A stretch of 64,000 nucleotides of DNA from Lytechinus pictus. Lineage: Eukaryota. Location of the stretch: contig NC_087251.1 in assembly GCF_037042905.1 (NCBI RefSeq), positions 36,644,001 through 36,708,000 on the forward strand. The letters are read 5' to 3'. Positions 35,443 to 50,700 of the stretch are shown piece by piece; the stretch's first letter is position 1, and every line of letters starts with the position of its first letter. The position numbers and the translations under genes were made by a program. Below the pieces are notes generated by a model. That model saw only the letters and a program-made list of their open reading frames with translations, was not told the origin of the DNA and did no database searches.

Positions 35443-36208
35443 AACAAGTGGAATGCCTCTGGCCGTCTCACCTGCATCACGTGATTCAATATAGCAGCAG
35501 TGCTGATTTTGAAAACTACTATAACTCGCACAAGATGTTCAGTGATACTTGGTTACTCTTATTTCCACGTTTTATGAACTAAACCCATACACTTATAGAG
35601 ATATGATGGCAATTCAACAAATACCCCAAACGTGGCCAAAGTTCTTTGACCTTGATCATGTGACCTGAAACTTGCACAGGATGTTCAGTAATACTTGATT
35701 ACTATTATGTCCAAGTTTCATGAATCAGATCCATAAACTTTCAAAGTTATGATGGTAATTCAACAGATACCCCCAATTCGGCCAAAGTTCATTGACCCTA
35801 AATGACCTTTGACCTTGGTCATGTGACGTGAAACTCATGCAGTATGTTCCGTGATACTTGATTAACCTTATGTATAAGTTTCATGAACTAGGTCTATATA
35901 TTTTCTAAGTTATGATGACATTTCAAAAACTTAACCTTAGGTTAAGATTTTGATGTTGATTCCCCCAACATGGTCTAAGTTCATTGACCCTAAATGACCT
36001 TTGACCTTGATCCTGTGACCTGAAACTTGCACAGGATGTTCAGTAATACTTGATTAACCTTTTGGCCAAGTTTCATGAACTAGGTCCATATACTTTGTAA
36101 GTTATGCTGTCATTTCAAAAACTTAACCTCAGGTTAAGATTTGGTGTTGCCGCCGCCGTCGGAAAAGCGGCGCCTATAGTCTCACTCTGCAATGCAGGTG
36201 AGACAAAA
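35443..36208 (-). mobile_element. HINE copy with 4 internal repeat units
   Basis: Same termini and subTIRs as 9800-10768 and near-identical to it, with one unit fewer. Confidence 0.9.
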
Positions 36209-36909
36209 AATGGGTTAATAGTCTCCGAATATTATTTTTGATACCCGTATATTGAAGTCAGAAAATATATTTCATTTCAATCATATCATTGGAGAAAATG
36301 TTAATGTGTGGTGTAAGGAGGGCAAGGGTGCAGGGTAGGCGACTCACCTCTAGTAGTGGGGGAAATAAGAGAACTTTAGAAGAGGGGAAGAACAAGAAAT
36401 GGGGGGAAAATACATGAACACAAAATTGAGGTCAAGGTCATGTTTATGTTACCAACTTACCACCTATCTCTACTACTACTATTTTATTCTTAAATGCACT
36501 TATATTGTGTTTATGCTTGTAAGCTCACATTGTTAGTCTCTTTGTTGAGATTCTAATAAAAAATAAAATCAACTGAATCTGAATCTCTTGCAAAAGTTAA
36601 GTGGAAAATAATTGTTACAATAGTATGGATCCAATAGTCTACCTAGATTTTGTTTTCATTTTGACGAGTTACATTGTTCTTGCTCTTACATATTTTTGAG
36701 AATGCATTCCATAATTATATTGTCATTGATTGAAATATTAAGAGGGCTCAGATGTCAATTCAAACTTGACATTCTATAAAAATTCATGAGATTGATATTA
36801 TCCATTTCTGTGAGTAAATTTAAGATGAATTTATTACAAGATGTGGATGAATTAAATAGATATAACAGTACATCACATTTACAACCGCTCTTAAGAGTAA
36901 AATAAATAA

Positions 36910-37821
36910 AACAAGTGGAATGCCTCCGGCCGTCTCACCTGCATCACGCGATTCAATATAGCAGCAGTGCTGATTTTGAAAACTACTATAACTCGCACAA
37001 GATGTTTAGTGATACTTGGTTACTCTTATTTCCACGTTTTATGAACTAAACCCATACACTTATAGAGATATGATGGTATTTCAACAAATACCCCCAACGT
37101 GGCCAAAGTTCATTGACCTTACATGACCTTTGACCTTGATCATGTGACCTGAAACTCGCACAGGATGTTCAGTGATACTTTATTAGTCTTGTGTCCAAGT
37201 TTCAAGAGTCAGATCCATCAACTTTCAAAGTTATGATGGTAATTCAACAGATACCCCCATTATGGCCAAAGTTCATTGACCTTTGACCTTGGTCATGTGA
37301 CCTAAAATGCGCACAGGATGTTCAGTGATACTTGATTACTCTTATGTCCAAGTTTTATGAACTAGACCAACACACTTTCAAAGTTATGGCAGTAATTCAA
37401 CAAATACCCCAATTTGACCAAAGTTCATTGACCCTAAATGACCTTTGACCTTAATCATGTGACCTGAAACTTGCACAGGATGTTCAGTAATACTTGATTA
37501 CTATTATGTCCAAGTTTCATGAATCAGATCCATAAACTTTTAAAGTTATGATGGTAATTCAACAGATACCCCCAATTCGGCCAAAGTTCATTGACCCTAA
37601 ATGACCTTTGACCTTGGTCATGTGACATGAAACTCAGGCAGGATGTTTAATAATACTTGATTAACATTATGGCCAAGTTTCATGAACTAGGTCCATATAC
37701 TTTCTAAGTTATGCTGTCATTTCAAAAACTTAACCTCAGGTTAAGATTTGGTGTTGACGCCGCCGCCGCCGTCGGAAAAGCGGCGCCTATAGTCTCACTC
37801 TGCTATGCAGGTGAGACAAAA
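36910..37821 (-). mobile_element. HINE copy with 5 internal repeat units
   Basis: Same termini and subTIRs. It lacks the 192-bp variant unit. Confidence 0.9.
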
Positions 37822-37896
37822 ATAAATATTACCCTACAGTATACTTGTATTTACAAGTAGAATGTTCAATAAATACAACTTTATATACAAACTCAC

Positions 37897-38041
37897 CTTC
37901 ATACTAGAAGCTTGACCCCCTTATCCAAAGAGAGATTTCTTGTTCAATGGCACACAGTGGCAGAGTGTCTGGACTTCCATCTCCTTCCAGTTGCTGTCCC
38001 CCTCTTTCTTTCTACCTCTTCTCACCGTTTGTGTGGTTCAC
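37897..38041 (-). other. Candidate internal exon, non-coding or pseudogenic
   Basis: Minus-strand acceptor ttttctaacag and donor AG|gtgagt. Stops occur in all three frames. Confidence 0.35.
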
Positions 38042-38705
38042 CTGTTAGAAAAGTGAATACCAAATTTTTCCATAGTAACAGATGAGAATGAATTCATATG
38101 TACATTTTGTATCAACAACAACAACTGAAGTCCCTTCTTTAAAAAATATTGTTATCATTACAGATTTTGTCAAATATATTTGACAGGGGTGTTGGACTTT
38201 TGGTACAGTTTCACTGGCTATTATAAGAACTGTGTAAAAATGAATTCTATCCATGAGTGCATTGTGAATGAGGTCTAGTCATTCAACCTTGAAATGGTTT
38301 GATGAACACACTAAGAATCAGGGTTCAAATTTGAGCCTTAGGGGTTGGTACAGTAAGGGGTGCTAGAGAGAGCAATGCTCATTTGTGCACCTTCATGGGT
38401 GTAACATAAGCTACATTAAGCACCATATAGGGTGCATATTTGAACCATGTAATGAAAGTTAATTTTTTTTTGAACATTTTTAATGTTTAAGTATTATACA
38501 CCTTAAAAGGTAAAATGTTGCCCCTTTTATTGTGCAAATGAACATTTCTGGGTGCAAACAATAATAAGGACAATTTCACCTTTTATCACTTAGGGTGCAA
38601 TATTACAAGTGTTTCATTTAGGCTTCAAATTTTTTAACTTAGAAAAATATGTTAGAAAAATGATTTACAAACGCAATATATGAATACTTCAAATGAAGAT
38701 ACATG

Positions 38706-41700
38706 TAGCATCCTAACCGATTATTACAGCGAGAATCAAGAAGATCCAAGGGAGTTTGAATTTTCGACCCCCTCGCGCCCCACCCGCGACATGGAAAATT
38801 GGCCAAAATTGGCCAAAATTGAGCAAATAATTTTTGTTTAATATAGCCCCCGAAACCCCCACCCCCCCAAATCAGCCGTCTTTGCTCCCTGGGATGTTTT
38901 AGCATCCTAACCGATTATTACAGCGAGAATCAAGAAGATCCAGAGCCATTTGATGTTATTTGTATTGTGACCTTTGTTGTATTAATATATTAGTTTAATA
39001 TTCAACTCGTTATGATACATTGGTGTCTATATTTATTAGAGTCTTACACCAACGTCTTACGTCTTATATTATTAACCCTTGGCGCAGGGAGTTTGAATTT
39101 TTGACCCCCTCGCCCCACCCGCAACATGGAAAATTGGGCAAAATTGGCCAAAATTGAGCAAAATAATATTTGTTCAATATTTCCCCCAAAACCCCCCCCG
39201 AATCAGCCGTCTTCGCTCCCTGGGATGTTTTAGCATCCTAACCGATTATTAAAGCGAGAATCAAGAGGATCCAGGGAGTTTGAATTTTTGACCCCCTCGC
39301 CCCACCCTCAACATGGAAAATTGGGCAAAATTGGCCAAAATTGAGCAAAATAATATTTGTTCAATATTTCCCCCAAAACCCCCCCCCCCCCCGAATCAGC
39401 CGTCTTCGCTCCCTGGGATGTTTAAGCATCCTAACTGATTATTACAGCGAGAATCAAGAGGATCCAGGGAGTTTGAATTTTCGACCCCTCGCCCGACCCG
39501 CGACATGGAAAATTGGGCAAAATTGAGCAAAATAATATTTGTTCAATATTTCCCCCAAAACCCCCCCCGAATCAGCCGTCTTCGCTCCCTCGGATGTTTT
39601 AGCATCCTAACCGATTATTACAGCGAGAATCAAGAGGATCCAGGGAGTTTGAATTTTTGACCCCCTCGCCCCACCCTCAACATGGAAAATTGGGCAAAAT
39701 TGGCAAAAATTGAGAAAAAATAATATTTGTTCAATATTTCCCCCGAAACCCCCCCCCCCAAAATCAGCCGTCTTCGCTCCCTGGGATGTTTTAGCATCCT
39801 AACCGATTATTACAGCAAGAATCAAGAGGATCCAGGGAGTTTGAATTTTCGACCCCCTCGCCCCACCCGCAATGTGGAAAATTGGGCAAAATAATATTTG
39901 TTCAATATTTCCCCCGAAACCCCCCCAAATCAGCCGTCTTCGCTCCCTGGAATGTTTTAGCATCCTAACCGATTATTACATCGAGAATCAAGAGGATCAA
40001 GGGAGTTTGAATTTTTGACCCCTCGCCCCACCCACGACATGGAAAATTGGGAAAAATTGGCAAAAATAATATTTGTTCAGTATTTCCCCCGAAATCAGCC
40101 ATCTCCGCTCCCTGGGATGTTTTAGCATCCTAACCGATTATTATAGCGAGAATCAAGAGTATCCAGGGAGTTTGAATTTTCGACCCCCTCGCCCCACCCG
40201 CGACATGGAAAATTGGGCAAAATTGGCCAAAATTGAGCAAAATAATATTTGTTCAATATTTCCCCCGAAACCCCCCCAAATCAGCCGTCTTCGCTCCCTG
40301 GGATGTTTTAGCATCCTAACCGATTATTATAGCGAGAATCAAGAGGATCCAGAGAGTTTGAATTTTCGACCCCCTCGCCCCACCCGCGACATGGAAAATT
40401 GGGCAAAATTGAGCAAAATAATATTTGTTCAATATTTCCCCCGAAACCCCCCCAAATCAGCCGTCTTCGCTCCCTGGAATGTTTTAGCATCCTAACCAAT
40501 TATTACATCGAGAATCAAGAGGATCCAGGGAGTTTGAATTTTCGACCCCCTCGCCCCACCCGCGACATGGAAAATTGGGCAAAATTGGGCAAAATTGAGC
40601 AAAATAATATTTGTTTAATATTTCCCCCGAAACCCCCCTAAATCAGCCGTCTTCGCTCCCTGGGATGTTTTAGCATCCTAACCGATTATTACAGCGAGAA
40701 TCAAGAGGATCCAGGGAGTTTGAATTTTCGACCCCCTCGCCCCACCCGCGACATGGAAAATTGGGCAAAATTGGCCAAAATTGAGCAAAATAATATTTGT
40801 TTAATATTTCCCCCATAACCCCCGCAAATCAGCCGTCTTCGCTCCCTGGAATGTTTTAGCATCCTAACCGATTATTACAGCGAGAATCAAGAGGATCCAA
40901 GGAATTTGAATTTTCGACCCCCTCGCCCCACCCGCGACATGGAAAATTGGGCAAAATTGGCCAAAATTGAGCAAAATAATATTTGTTCAATATTTCCCCC
41001 GAAACCCCCCCAAATCAGCCGTCTTTGCTCCCTGGGATGTTTTAGCATCCTTACCTATTATTACAGCGAGAATCCAGAGGATCCAGAGAGTTTGAATTTT
41101 CGACCCCTTCGCCCCACCCACGACATGGAAAATTGGGCAAAATTTGGCAAAATTTGCCAAAATTGAGCAAAATAATATTTGTTCAATATTTCCCCCGAAA
41201 CCCCCCCAAATCAGCCGCTTCACTCCCTGGGATGTTTTTGCATCCTAACCGATTATTACAGCGAGAATGAAGAGAATCAAGAGGATCCAGGGAGTTTGAA
41301 TTTTCGACCCCCTCGCCCCACCCGCGACATGGAAAATTGGGCAAAATTGAGCAAAATAATATTTGTTCAATATTTCCCCCGAAACCCCCCCAAATCAGCC
41401 GTCTTCGCTCCGTAGGATGTTTTAGCATCCTAACCGATTATTACAGCGAGAATCAAGAGAATCAAGAGGATCCAAGGAGTTTGAATTTTCGACCCCCTCG
41501 CCCCACCCGCGACATGGAAAATTGGGCAAAATTGGCCAAAATTGAGAAAAATAATATTTGTTCAATATTTCCCCCGAAACCCCCCCAAATCAGCCGTCTT
41601 CGCTCCCTGGAATGTTTAAGCATCCTAACTGATTATTACATTGAGTATCAAGAGGATCCAGGGAGTTTGAATCTTCGACCCCCTCGCCCCACCCACGACA

Positions 41701-44700
41701 TGGAAAATTGGGCAAAATTGGCAAAAATAATATTTGTTCAGTATTTCCCCCGAAACCCCCCCAAATCAGCCGTCTTCGCTCCCTGGGATGTTTTAGCATC
41801 CTAACCGATTATTATAGCGAGAATCAAGAGGATCCAGGGAGTTTGAATTTTCGACCCCATCGCCCCACCCGCGACATGGAAAATTGGGCAAAATTGGCCA
41901 AAATTGAGCAAAATAATATTTGTTCAATATTTCCCCCGAAACCCCCCCAAATCAGCCGTCTTCGCTCCCTGGGATGTTTTAGCATCCTAACCGATTATTA
42001 TAGCGAGAATCAAGAGGATCCAGGGAGTTTGAATTTTCGACCCCCTCGCCCCACCCGCGACATGGAAAATTGGGCAAAATTGGGCAAAAGTGAGCAAAAT
42101 AATATTTGTTCAATATTTCCCCCAAAACCCCCGCAAATCAGCCGTCTTCGCTCCCTGGAATGTTTTAGCATCCTAACCGATTATTACAGCGAGAATCAAG
42201 AGGATCCAAGGAATTTGAATTTTCGACCCCCTCGCCCCACCTGCGACATGGAAAATTGGGCAAAATTTGGCAAAATTTGCCAAAATTGAGCAAAATAATA
42301 TTTGTTCAATATTTCCCCCGAAACCCCCCCAAATCAGCCGCTTCACTCCCTGGGATGTTTTTGCATCCTAACCGATTATTACAGCGAGAATGAAGAGAAT
42401 CAAGAGGATCCAGGGAGTTTGAATTTTCGACCCCCTCGCCCCACCCGCGACATGGAAAATTGGGCAAAATTGAGCAAAATAATATTTGTTCAATATTTCC
42501 CCCGAAACCCCCCCAAATCAGCCGTCTTCGCTCCGTAGGATGTTTTAGCATCCTAACCGATTATTACAGCGAGAATCAAGAGAATCAAGAGGATCCAAGG
42601 AGTTTGAATTTTCGACCCCCTCGCCCCACCCGCGACATGGAAAATTGGGCAAAATTGGCCAAAATTGAGAAAAATAATATTTGTTCAATATTTCCCCCGA
42701 AACCCCCCCAAATCAGCCGTCTTCGCTCCCTGGAATGTTTAAGCATCCTAACTGATTATTACATCGAGTATCAAGAGGATCCAGGGAGTTTGAATCTTCG
42801 ACCCCCTCGCCCCACCCACGACATGGAAAATTGGGCAAAATTGGCAAAAATAATATTTGTTCAGTATTTCCCCCGAAACCCCCCCAAATCAGCCGTCTTC
42901 GCTCCCTGGGATGTTTTAGCATCCTAACCGATTATTATAGCGAGAATCAAGAGGATCCAGGGAGTTTGAATTTTCGACCCCATCGCCCCACCCGCGACAT
43001 GGAAAATTGGGCAAAATTGGCCAAAATTGAGCAAAATAATATTTGTTCAATATTTCCCCCGAAACCCCCCCAAATCAGCCGTCTTCGCTCCCTGGGATGT
43101 TTTAGCATCCTAACCGATTATTATAGCGAGAATCAAGAGGATCCAGGGAGTTTGAATTTTCGACCCCCTCGCCCCACCCGCGACATGGAAAATTGGGCAA
43201 AATTGGGCAAAAGTGAGCAAAATAATATTTGTTCAATATTTCCCCCAAAACCCCCGCAAATCAGCCGTCTTCGCTCCCTGGAATGTTTTAGCATCCTAAC
43301 CGATTATTACAGCGAGAATCAAGAGGATCCAAGGAATTTGAATTTTCGACCCCCTCGCCCCACCTGCGACATGGAAAATTGGCCAAAATTGAGCAAAATA
43401 ATATTTGTTCAATATTTCCCCCGAAACCCCCCCAAATCAGCCGTCTTCGCTCCCTGGGATGTTTTAGCATCCTTACCTATTATTACAGTGAGAATCCAGA
43501 GGATCCAGAGAGTTTGAATTTTCGACCCCTTCGCCCCACCCACGACATGGAAAATTGGGCAAAATTTGCCAAAATTGAGCAAAATAATATTTGTTCAATA
43601 TTTCCCCCGAAACCCCCCCAAATCAGCCGTCTTCACTCCCTGGGATGTTTTAGCATCCTAACCGATTATTACAGCGAGAATCATGAGGATCCAGGGAGTT
43701 TGAATTTTTGACCCCCTCGCCCCACCTGCGACATGGAAAATTGGGCAAAATTGGCCAAAATTGAGCAAAATAATATTTGTTCAATATTTCCCCCGAAACC
43801 CCCCCAAATCAGCCGTCTTTGCTCCCTGGAATGTTTTAGCATCCTTATCGATTATTACAGCGTGAATCCAGAGGATCCAGAGAGTTTGAATTTTCGACCC
43901 CTTCGCCCCACCCACGACATGGAAAATTGGGCAAAATTGGGCAAAATTGAGCAAAATAATATTTGTTCAATATTTCCCCGAAACCCCCTCAAATCAGCCG
44001 TCTTTGCTCCCTGGGATGTTTTAGCATCCTAATCGATTATTACAGCGAGAATCAAGAGGATCCAGGGAGTTTGAATTTTCGACCCCCTCGCCCCACCCGC
44101 GACATGGAAAATTGGGCAAAATTGGCCAAAATTGAGCAAAATAATATTTGTTCAATATTTCCCCCGAAACCCCCCCAAATCAGCCGTCTTCGCTCCCTGG
44201 AATGTTTTAGCATCCTAACTGATTATTACATCGAGAATCAAGAGGATCCAGGGAGTTTGAATTTTCGACACCCTCGCCCCATCCACGACATGGAAAATTG
44301 GGCAAAATTGGCAAAAATAATACTTGTTCAGTATTTCCCCCGAATCCCCCCAAATCAGCCATCTCCGCTCCCTGGGATGTTTTAGCATCCTAACCGATTA
44401 TTATAGCGAGAATCAAGAGGATCCAGGGATTTTGAATTTTCGACCCCCTCGCCCCAACCGCGACATGGAAAATTGGGCAAAATTGACCAAAATTGAGCAA
44501 AATAATATTTGTTCAATATTTCCCCCGAAACCCCCCCAAATCAGCCGTCTTCGCTCCCTGGGATGTTTTAGCATCCTTACCTATTATTACAGCGAGAATC
44601 CAGAGGATCCAGAGAGTTTGAATTTTCGACCCCTTCGCCCCACCCACGACATGGAAAATTGGGATAAATTTGCCAAAATTGAGCAAAATAATATTTGTTC

Positions 44701-47700
44701 AATATTTCCCCCGAAACCCCCCCAAATCAGCCGTCTTCACTCCCGGGGATGTTTTAGCATCCTAACCGATTATTACAGCGAGAATCATGAGGATCCAGGG
44801 AGTTTGAATTTTTGACCCCCTCGCCCCACCTGCGACATGGAAAATTGGGCAAAATTGGCCAAAATTGAGCAAAATAATATTTGTTCAATATTTCCCCCGA
44901 AACCCCCCCAAATCAGCCGTCTTTGCTCCCTGGAATGTTTTAGCATCCTTACCGATTATTACAGCGAGAATCCAGAGGATCCAGAGAGTTTGAATTTTCG
45001 ACCCCTTCGCCCCACCCACGACATGGAAAATTGGGCAAAATTGGGCAAAATTGGGCAAAATTGAGCAAAATAATATTTGTTCAATATTTCCCCGAAACCC
45101 CCTCAAATCAGCCGTCTTCGCTCCCTGGGATGTTTTAGCATCCTAACCGATTATTACAGCGAGAATCAAGAGGATCCAGAGAGTTTGAATTTTCGACCCC
45201 TCGCCCCACCCGCGACATGGAAAATTGGGCAAAATTGGCCAAAATTGAGCAAAATAATATTTGTTCAATATTTCCCCCGAAACCCCCCCAAATCAGCCGT
45301 CTTCGCTCCCTGGGATGTTTTAGCATCCTAACCGATTATTACAGCGAGAATGAAGAGAATCAAAAGGATCCAGGGAGTTTGAATTTTCGACCCCCTCGCC
45401 CCACCCGCGACATGGAAAATTGGGCAAAATTGACCAAAATTGAGCAAAATAATATTTGTTCAATATTTCCCCCGAAACCCCCCCAAATCAGCCGTCTTCG
45501 CTCCCTGGGATGTTTTAGCATCCTAACCGATTATTATAGCGAGAATCAAGAGGATCCAGGGAGTTTGAATTTTCGACCCCATCGCCCCACCCGCGACATG
45601 GAAAATTGGGCAAAATTGGCCAAAATTGAGCAAAATAATATTTGTTCAATATTTCCCCCGAAACCCCCCCAAATCAGCCGTCTTCGCTCCCTGGGATGTT
45701 TTAGCATCCTAACCGATTATTATAGCGAGAATCAAGAGGATCCAGGGAGTTTGAATTTTCGACCCCTTCGCCCCACCCGCGACATGGAAAATTGGGCAAA
45801 ATTGGGCAAAATTGAGCAAAATAATATTTGTTCAATATTTCCCCCAAAACCCCCGCAAATCAGCCGTCTTCGCTCCCTGGAATGTTTTAGCATCCTAACC
45901 GATTATTACAGCGAGAATCAAGAGGATCCAAGGAATTTGAATTTTCGACCCCCTCGCCCCACCTGCGACATGGAAAATTGGCCAAAATTGAGCAAAATAA
46001 TATTTGTTCAATATTTCCCCCGAAACCCCCCCAAATCAGCCGTCTTCGCTCCCTGGGATGTTTTAGCATCCTTACCTATTATTACAGTGAGAATCCAGAG
46101 GATCCAGAGAGTTTGAATTTTCGACCCCTTCGCCCCACCCACGACATGGAAAATTGGGCAAAATTGAGCAAAATAATATTTGTTCAATATTTCCCCCGAA
46201 ACCCCCCCAAATCAGCCGTCTTCACTCCCTGGGATGTTTTAGCATCCTAACCGATTATTACAGCGAGAATCATGAGGATCCAGGGAGTTTGAATTTTTGA
46301 CCCCCAAGCCCCACCTGCGACATGGAAAATTGGGCAAAATTGGCCAAAATTGAGCAAAATAATATTTGTTCAACATTTCCCCCGAAACCCCCCCAAATCA
46401 GCCGTCTTCGCTCCCTGGAATGTTTTAGCATCCTAACTGATTATTACATCGAGAATCAAGAGGATCCAGGGAGTTTGAATTTTCGACACCCTCGCCCCAT
46501 CCACGACATGGAAAATTGGGCAAAATTGGCAAAAATAATACTTGTTCAGTATTTCCCCCGAATCCCCCCAAATCAGCCATCTCCGCTCCCTGGGATGTTT
46601 TAGCATCCTAACCGATTATTATAGCGAGAATCAAGAGGATCCAGGGATTTTGAATTTTCGACCCCCTCGCCCCAACCGCGACATGGAAAATTGGGCAAAA
46701 TTGACCAAAATTGAGCAAAATAATATTTGTTCAATATTTCCCCCGAAACCCCCCCAAATCAGCCGTCTTCGCTCCCTGGGATGTTTTAGCATCCTTACCT
46801 ATTATTACAGCGAGAATCCAGAGGATCCAGAGAGTTTGAATTTTCGACCCCTTCGCCCCACCCACGACATGGAAAATTGGGATAAATTTGCCAAAATTGA
46901 GCAAAATAATATTTGTTCAATATTTCCCCCGAAACCCCCCCAAATCAGCCGTCTTCACTCCCGGGGATGTTTTAGCATCCTAACCGATTATTACAGCGAG
47001 AATCATGAGGATCCAGGGAGTTTGAATTTTTGACCCCCTCGCCCCACCTGCGACATGGAAAATTGGGCAAAATTGGCCAAAATTGAGCAAAATAATATTT
47101 GTTCAATATTTCCCCCGAAACCCCCCCAAATCAGCCGTCTTTGCTCCCTGGAATGTTTTAGCATCCTTACCGATTATTACAGCGAGAATCCAGAGGATCC
47201 AGAGAGTTTGAATTTTCGACCCCTTCGCCCCACCCACGACATGGAAAATTGGGGAAAATTGGGCAAAATTGGGCAAAATTGAGCAAAATAATATTTGTTC
47301 AATATTTCCCCGAAACCCCCTCAAATCAGCCGTCTTCGCTCCTTGGGATGTTTTAGCATCCTAACCGATTATTACAGCGAGAATCAAGAGGATCCAGGGA
47401 GTTTGAATTTTCGACCCCTCGCCCCACCCGCGACATGGAAAATTGGGCAAAATTGGCCAAAATTGAGCAAAATAATATTTGTTCAATATTTCCCCCGAAA
47501 CCCCCCCAAATCAGCCGTCTTCGCTCCCTGGGATGTTTTAGCATCCTAACCGATTATTACAGCGAGAATGAAGAGAATCAAAAGGATCCAGGGAGTTTGA
47601 ATTTTCGACCCCCTCGCCCCACCCGCGACATGGAAAATTGGGCAAAATTGACCAAAATTTAGCAAAATAAAATTTGTTCAATATTTCCCCCGAAACCCCC

Positions 47701-50700
47701 CCAAATCAGCCGTCTTCGCTCCCTGGGATGTTTTAGCATCCTAACCGATTATTATAGCGAGAATCAAGAGGATCCAGGGAGTTTGAATTTTCGACCCCAT
47801 CGCCCCACCCGCGACATGGAAAATTGGGCAAAATTGGCCAAAATTGAGCAAAATAATATTTGTTCAATATTTCCCCCGAAACCCCCCCAAATCAGCCGTC
47901 TTCGCTCCCTGGGATGTTTTAGCATCCTAACCGATTATTATAGCGAGAATCAAGAGGATCCAGGGAGTTTGAATTTTCGACCCCCTCGCCCCACCCGCGA
48001 CATGGAAAATTGGGCAAAATTGGGCAAAATTGAGCAAAATAATATTTGTTCAATATTTCCCCCAAAACCCCCGCAAATCAGCCGTCTTCGCTCCCTGGAA
48101 TGTTTTAGCATCCTAACCGATTATTACAGCGAGAATCAAGAGGATCCAAGGAATTTGAATTTTCGACCCCCTCGCCCCACCTGCGACATGGAAAATTGGC
48201 CAAAATTGAGCAAAATAATATTTGTTCAATATTTCCCCCGAAACCCCCCCAAATCAGCCGTCTTCGCTCCCTGGGATGTTTTAGCATCCTTACCTATTAT
48301 TACAGTGAGAATCCAGAGGATCCAGAGAGTTTGAATTTTCGACCCCTTCGCCCCACCCACGACGTGGAAAATTGGGCAAAATTGAGCAAAATAATATTTG
48401 TTCAATATTTCCCCCGAAACCCCCCCAAATCAGCCGTCTTCACTCCCTGGGATGTTTTAGCATCCTAACCGATTATTACAGCGAGAATCATGAGGATCCA
48501 GGGAGTTTGAATATTTGACCCCCTCGCCCCACCTGCGACATGGAAAATTGGGCAAAATTGGCCAAAATTGAGCAAAATAATATTTGTTCAATATTTCCCC
48601 CGAAACCCCCCCAAATCAGCCGTCTTTGCTCCCTGGAATGTTTTAGCATCCTTACCGATTATTACAGCGTGAATCCAGAGGATCCAGAGAGTTTGAATTT
48701 TCGACCCCTTCGCCCCACCCACGACATGGAAAATTGGGCAAAATTGGGCAAAATTGGGCAAAATTGAGCAAAATAATATTTGTTCAATATTTCCCCGAAA
48801 CCCCCTCAAATCAGCCGTCTTTGCTCCCTGGGATGTTTTAGCATCCTAATCAATTATTACAGCGAGAATCAAGAGGATCCAGGGAGTTTGAATTTTCGAC
48901 CCCCTCGCCCCACCCGCGACATGGAAAATTGGGCAAAATTGGCCAAAATTGAGCAAAATAATATTTGTTCAATATTTCCCCCGAAACCCCCCCAAATCAG
49001 CCGTCTTCGCTCCCTGGGATGTTTTAGCATCCTAACCGATTATTACAGCGAGAATGAAGAGAATCAAGAGGTTCCAGGGAGTTTGAATTTTCGACCCCCT
49101 CGCCCCACCCGCGACATGGAAAATTGGGCAAAATTTGCCAAAATTGAGCAAAATAATATTTGTTCAATATTTCCCCCAAAACCCCCGCAAATCAGCCGTC
49201 TTCGCTCCCTGGAATGTTTTAGCATCCTAACCGATTATTACAGCGAGAATCAAGAGGATCCAAGGAATTTGAATTTTCGACCCCCTCGCCCCACCCGCGA
49301 CATGGAAAATTGGGCAAAATTGGCCAAAATTGAGCAAAATAATATTTGTTCAATATTTCCCCCGAAACCCCCCCAAATCAGCCGTCTGCACTCCCTGGGA
49401 TGTTTTAGCATCCTTACCGATTGTTACAGCGAGAATCCAGAGGATCCAGAGAGTTTGAATTTTCGACCCCTTCGCCCCACCCACGACATGCAAAATTTTG
49501 CAAAATGTGCCAAAATTGAGCAAAATAATATTTGTTCAATATTTCCCCCGAAACCCCCCCAAATCAGCCGTCTTCGCTCCCTGGGATGTTTTAGCATCCT
49601 AACCGATTATTACAGCGAGAATCAAGAGGATCCAGGGAGTTTGAATTTTCTACCCCCTCGCCCCACCCGCGACATGGAAAATTGGGCAAAATTGGCCAAA
49701 ATTGAGCAAAATAATATTTGTTCAATATTTCCCCCGAAACCCCCCCAAATCAGCCGTCTTCGCTCCCTGGAATGTTTTAGCATCCTAACTGATTATTACA
49801 TCGAGAAACAAGAGGATCCAGGGAGTTTGAATTTTCGACACCCTCGCCCCATCCACGACATGGAAAATTGGGCAAAATTGGCAAAAATAATACTTGTTCA
49901 GTATTTCCCCCGAATCCCCCCAAATCAGCCATCTCCGCTCCCTGGGATGTTTTAGCATCCTAACCGATTATTATAGCGAGAATCAAGAGGATCCAGGGAT
50001 TTTGAATTTTCGACCCCCTCGCCCCAACCGCGACATGGAAAATTGGGCAAAATTGACCAAAATTGAGCAAAATAATATTTGTTCAATATTTCCCCCGAAA
50101 CCCCCCCAAATCAGCCGTCTTCGCTCCCTGGGATGTTTTAGCATCCTTACCTATTATTACAGCGAGAATCCAGAGGATCCAGAGAGTTTGAATTTTCGAC
50201 CCCTTCGCCCCACCCACGACATGGAAAATTGGGATAAATTTGCCAAAATTGGGCAAAATTGAGCAAAATAATATTTGTTCAATATTTCCCCGAAACCCCC
50301 TCAAATCAGCCGTCTTCGCTCCCTGGGATGTTTTAGCATCCTAACCGATTATTACAGCGAGAATCAAGAGGATCCAGGGAGTTTGAATTTTCGACCCCTC
50401 GCCCCACCCGCGACATGGAAAATTGGGCAAAATTGGCCAAAATTGAGCAAAATAATATTTGTTCAATATTTCCCCCGAAACCCCCCCAAATCAGCCGTCT
50501 TTGCTCCCTGGAATGTTTTAGCATCCTTACCGATTATTACAGCGTGAATCCAGAGGATCCAGAGAGTTTGAATTTTCGACCCCTTCGCCCCACCCACGAC
50601 ATGGAAAATTGGGCAAAATTGGGCAAAATTGGGCAAAATTGAGCAAAATAATATTTGTTCAATATTTCCCCCGAAACCCCCTCAAATCAGCCGTCTTTGC

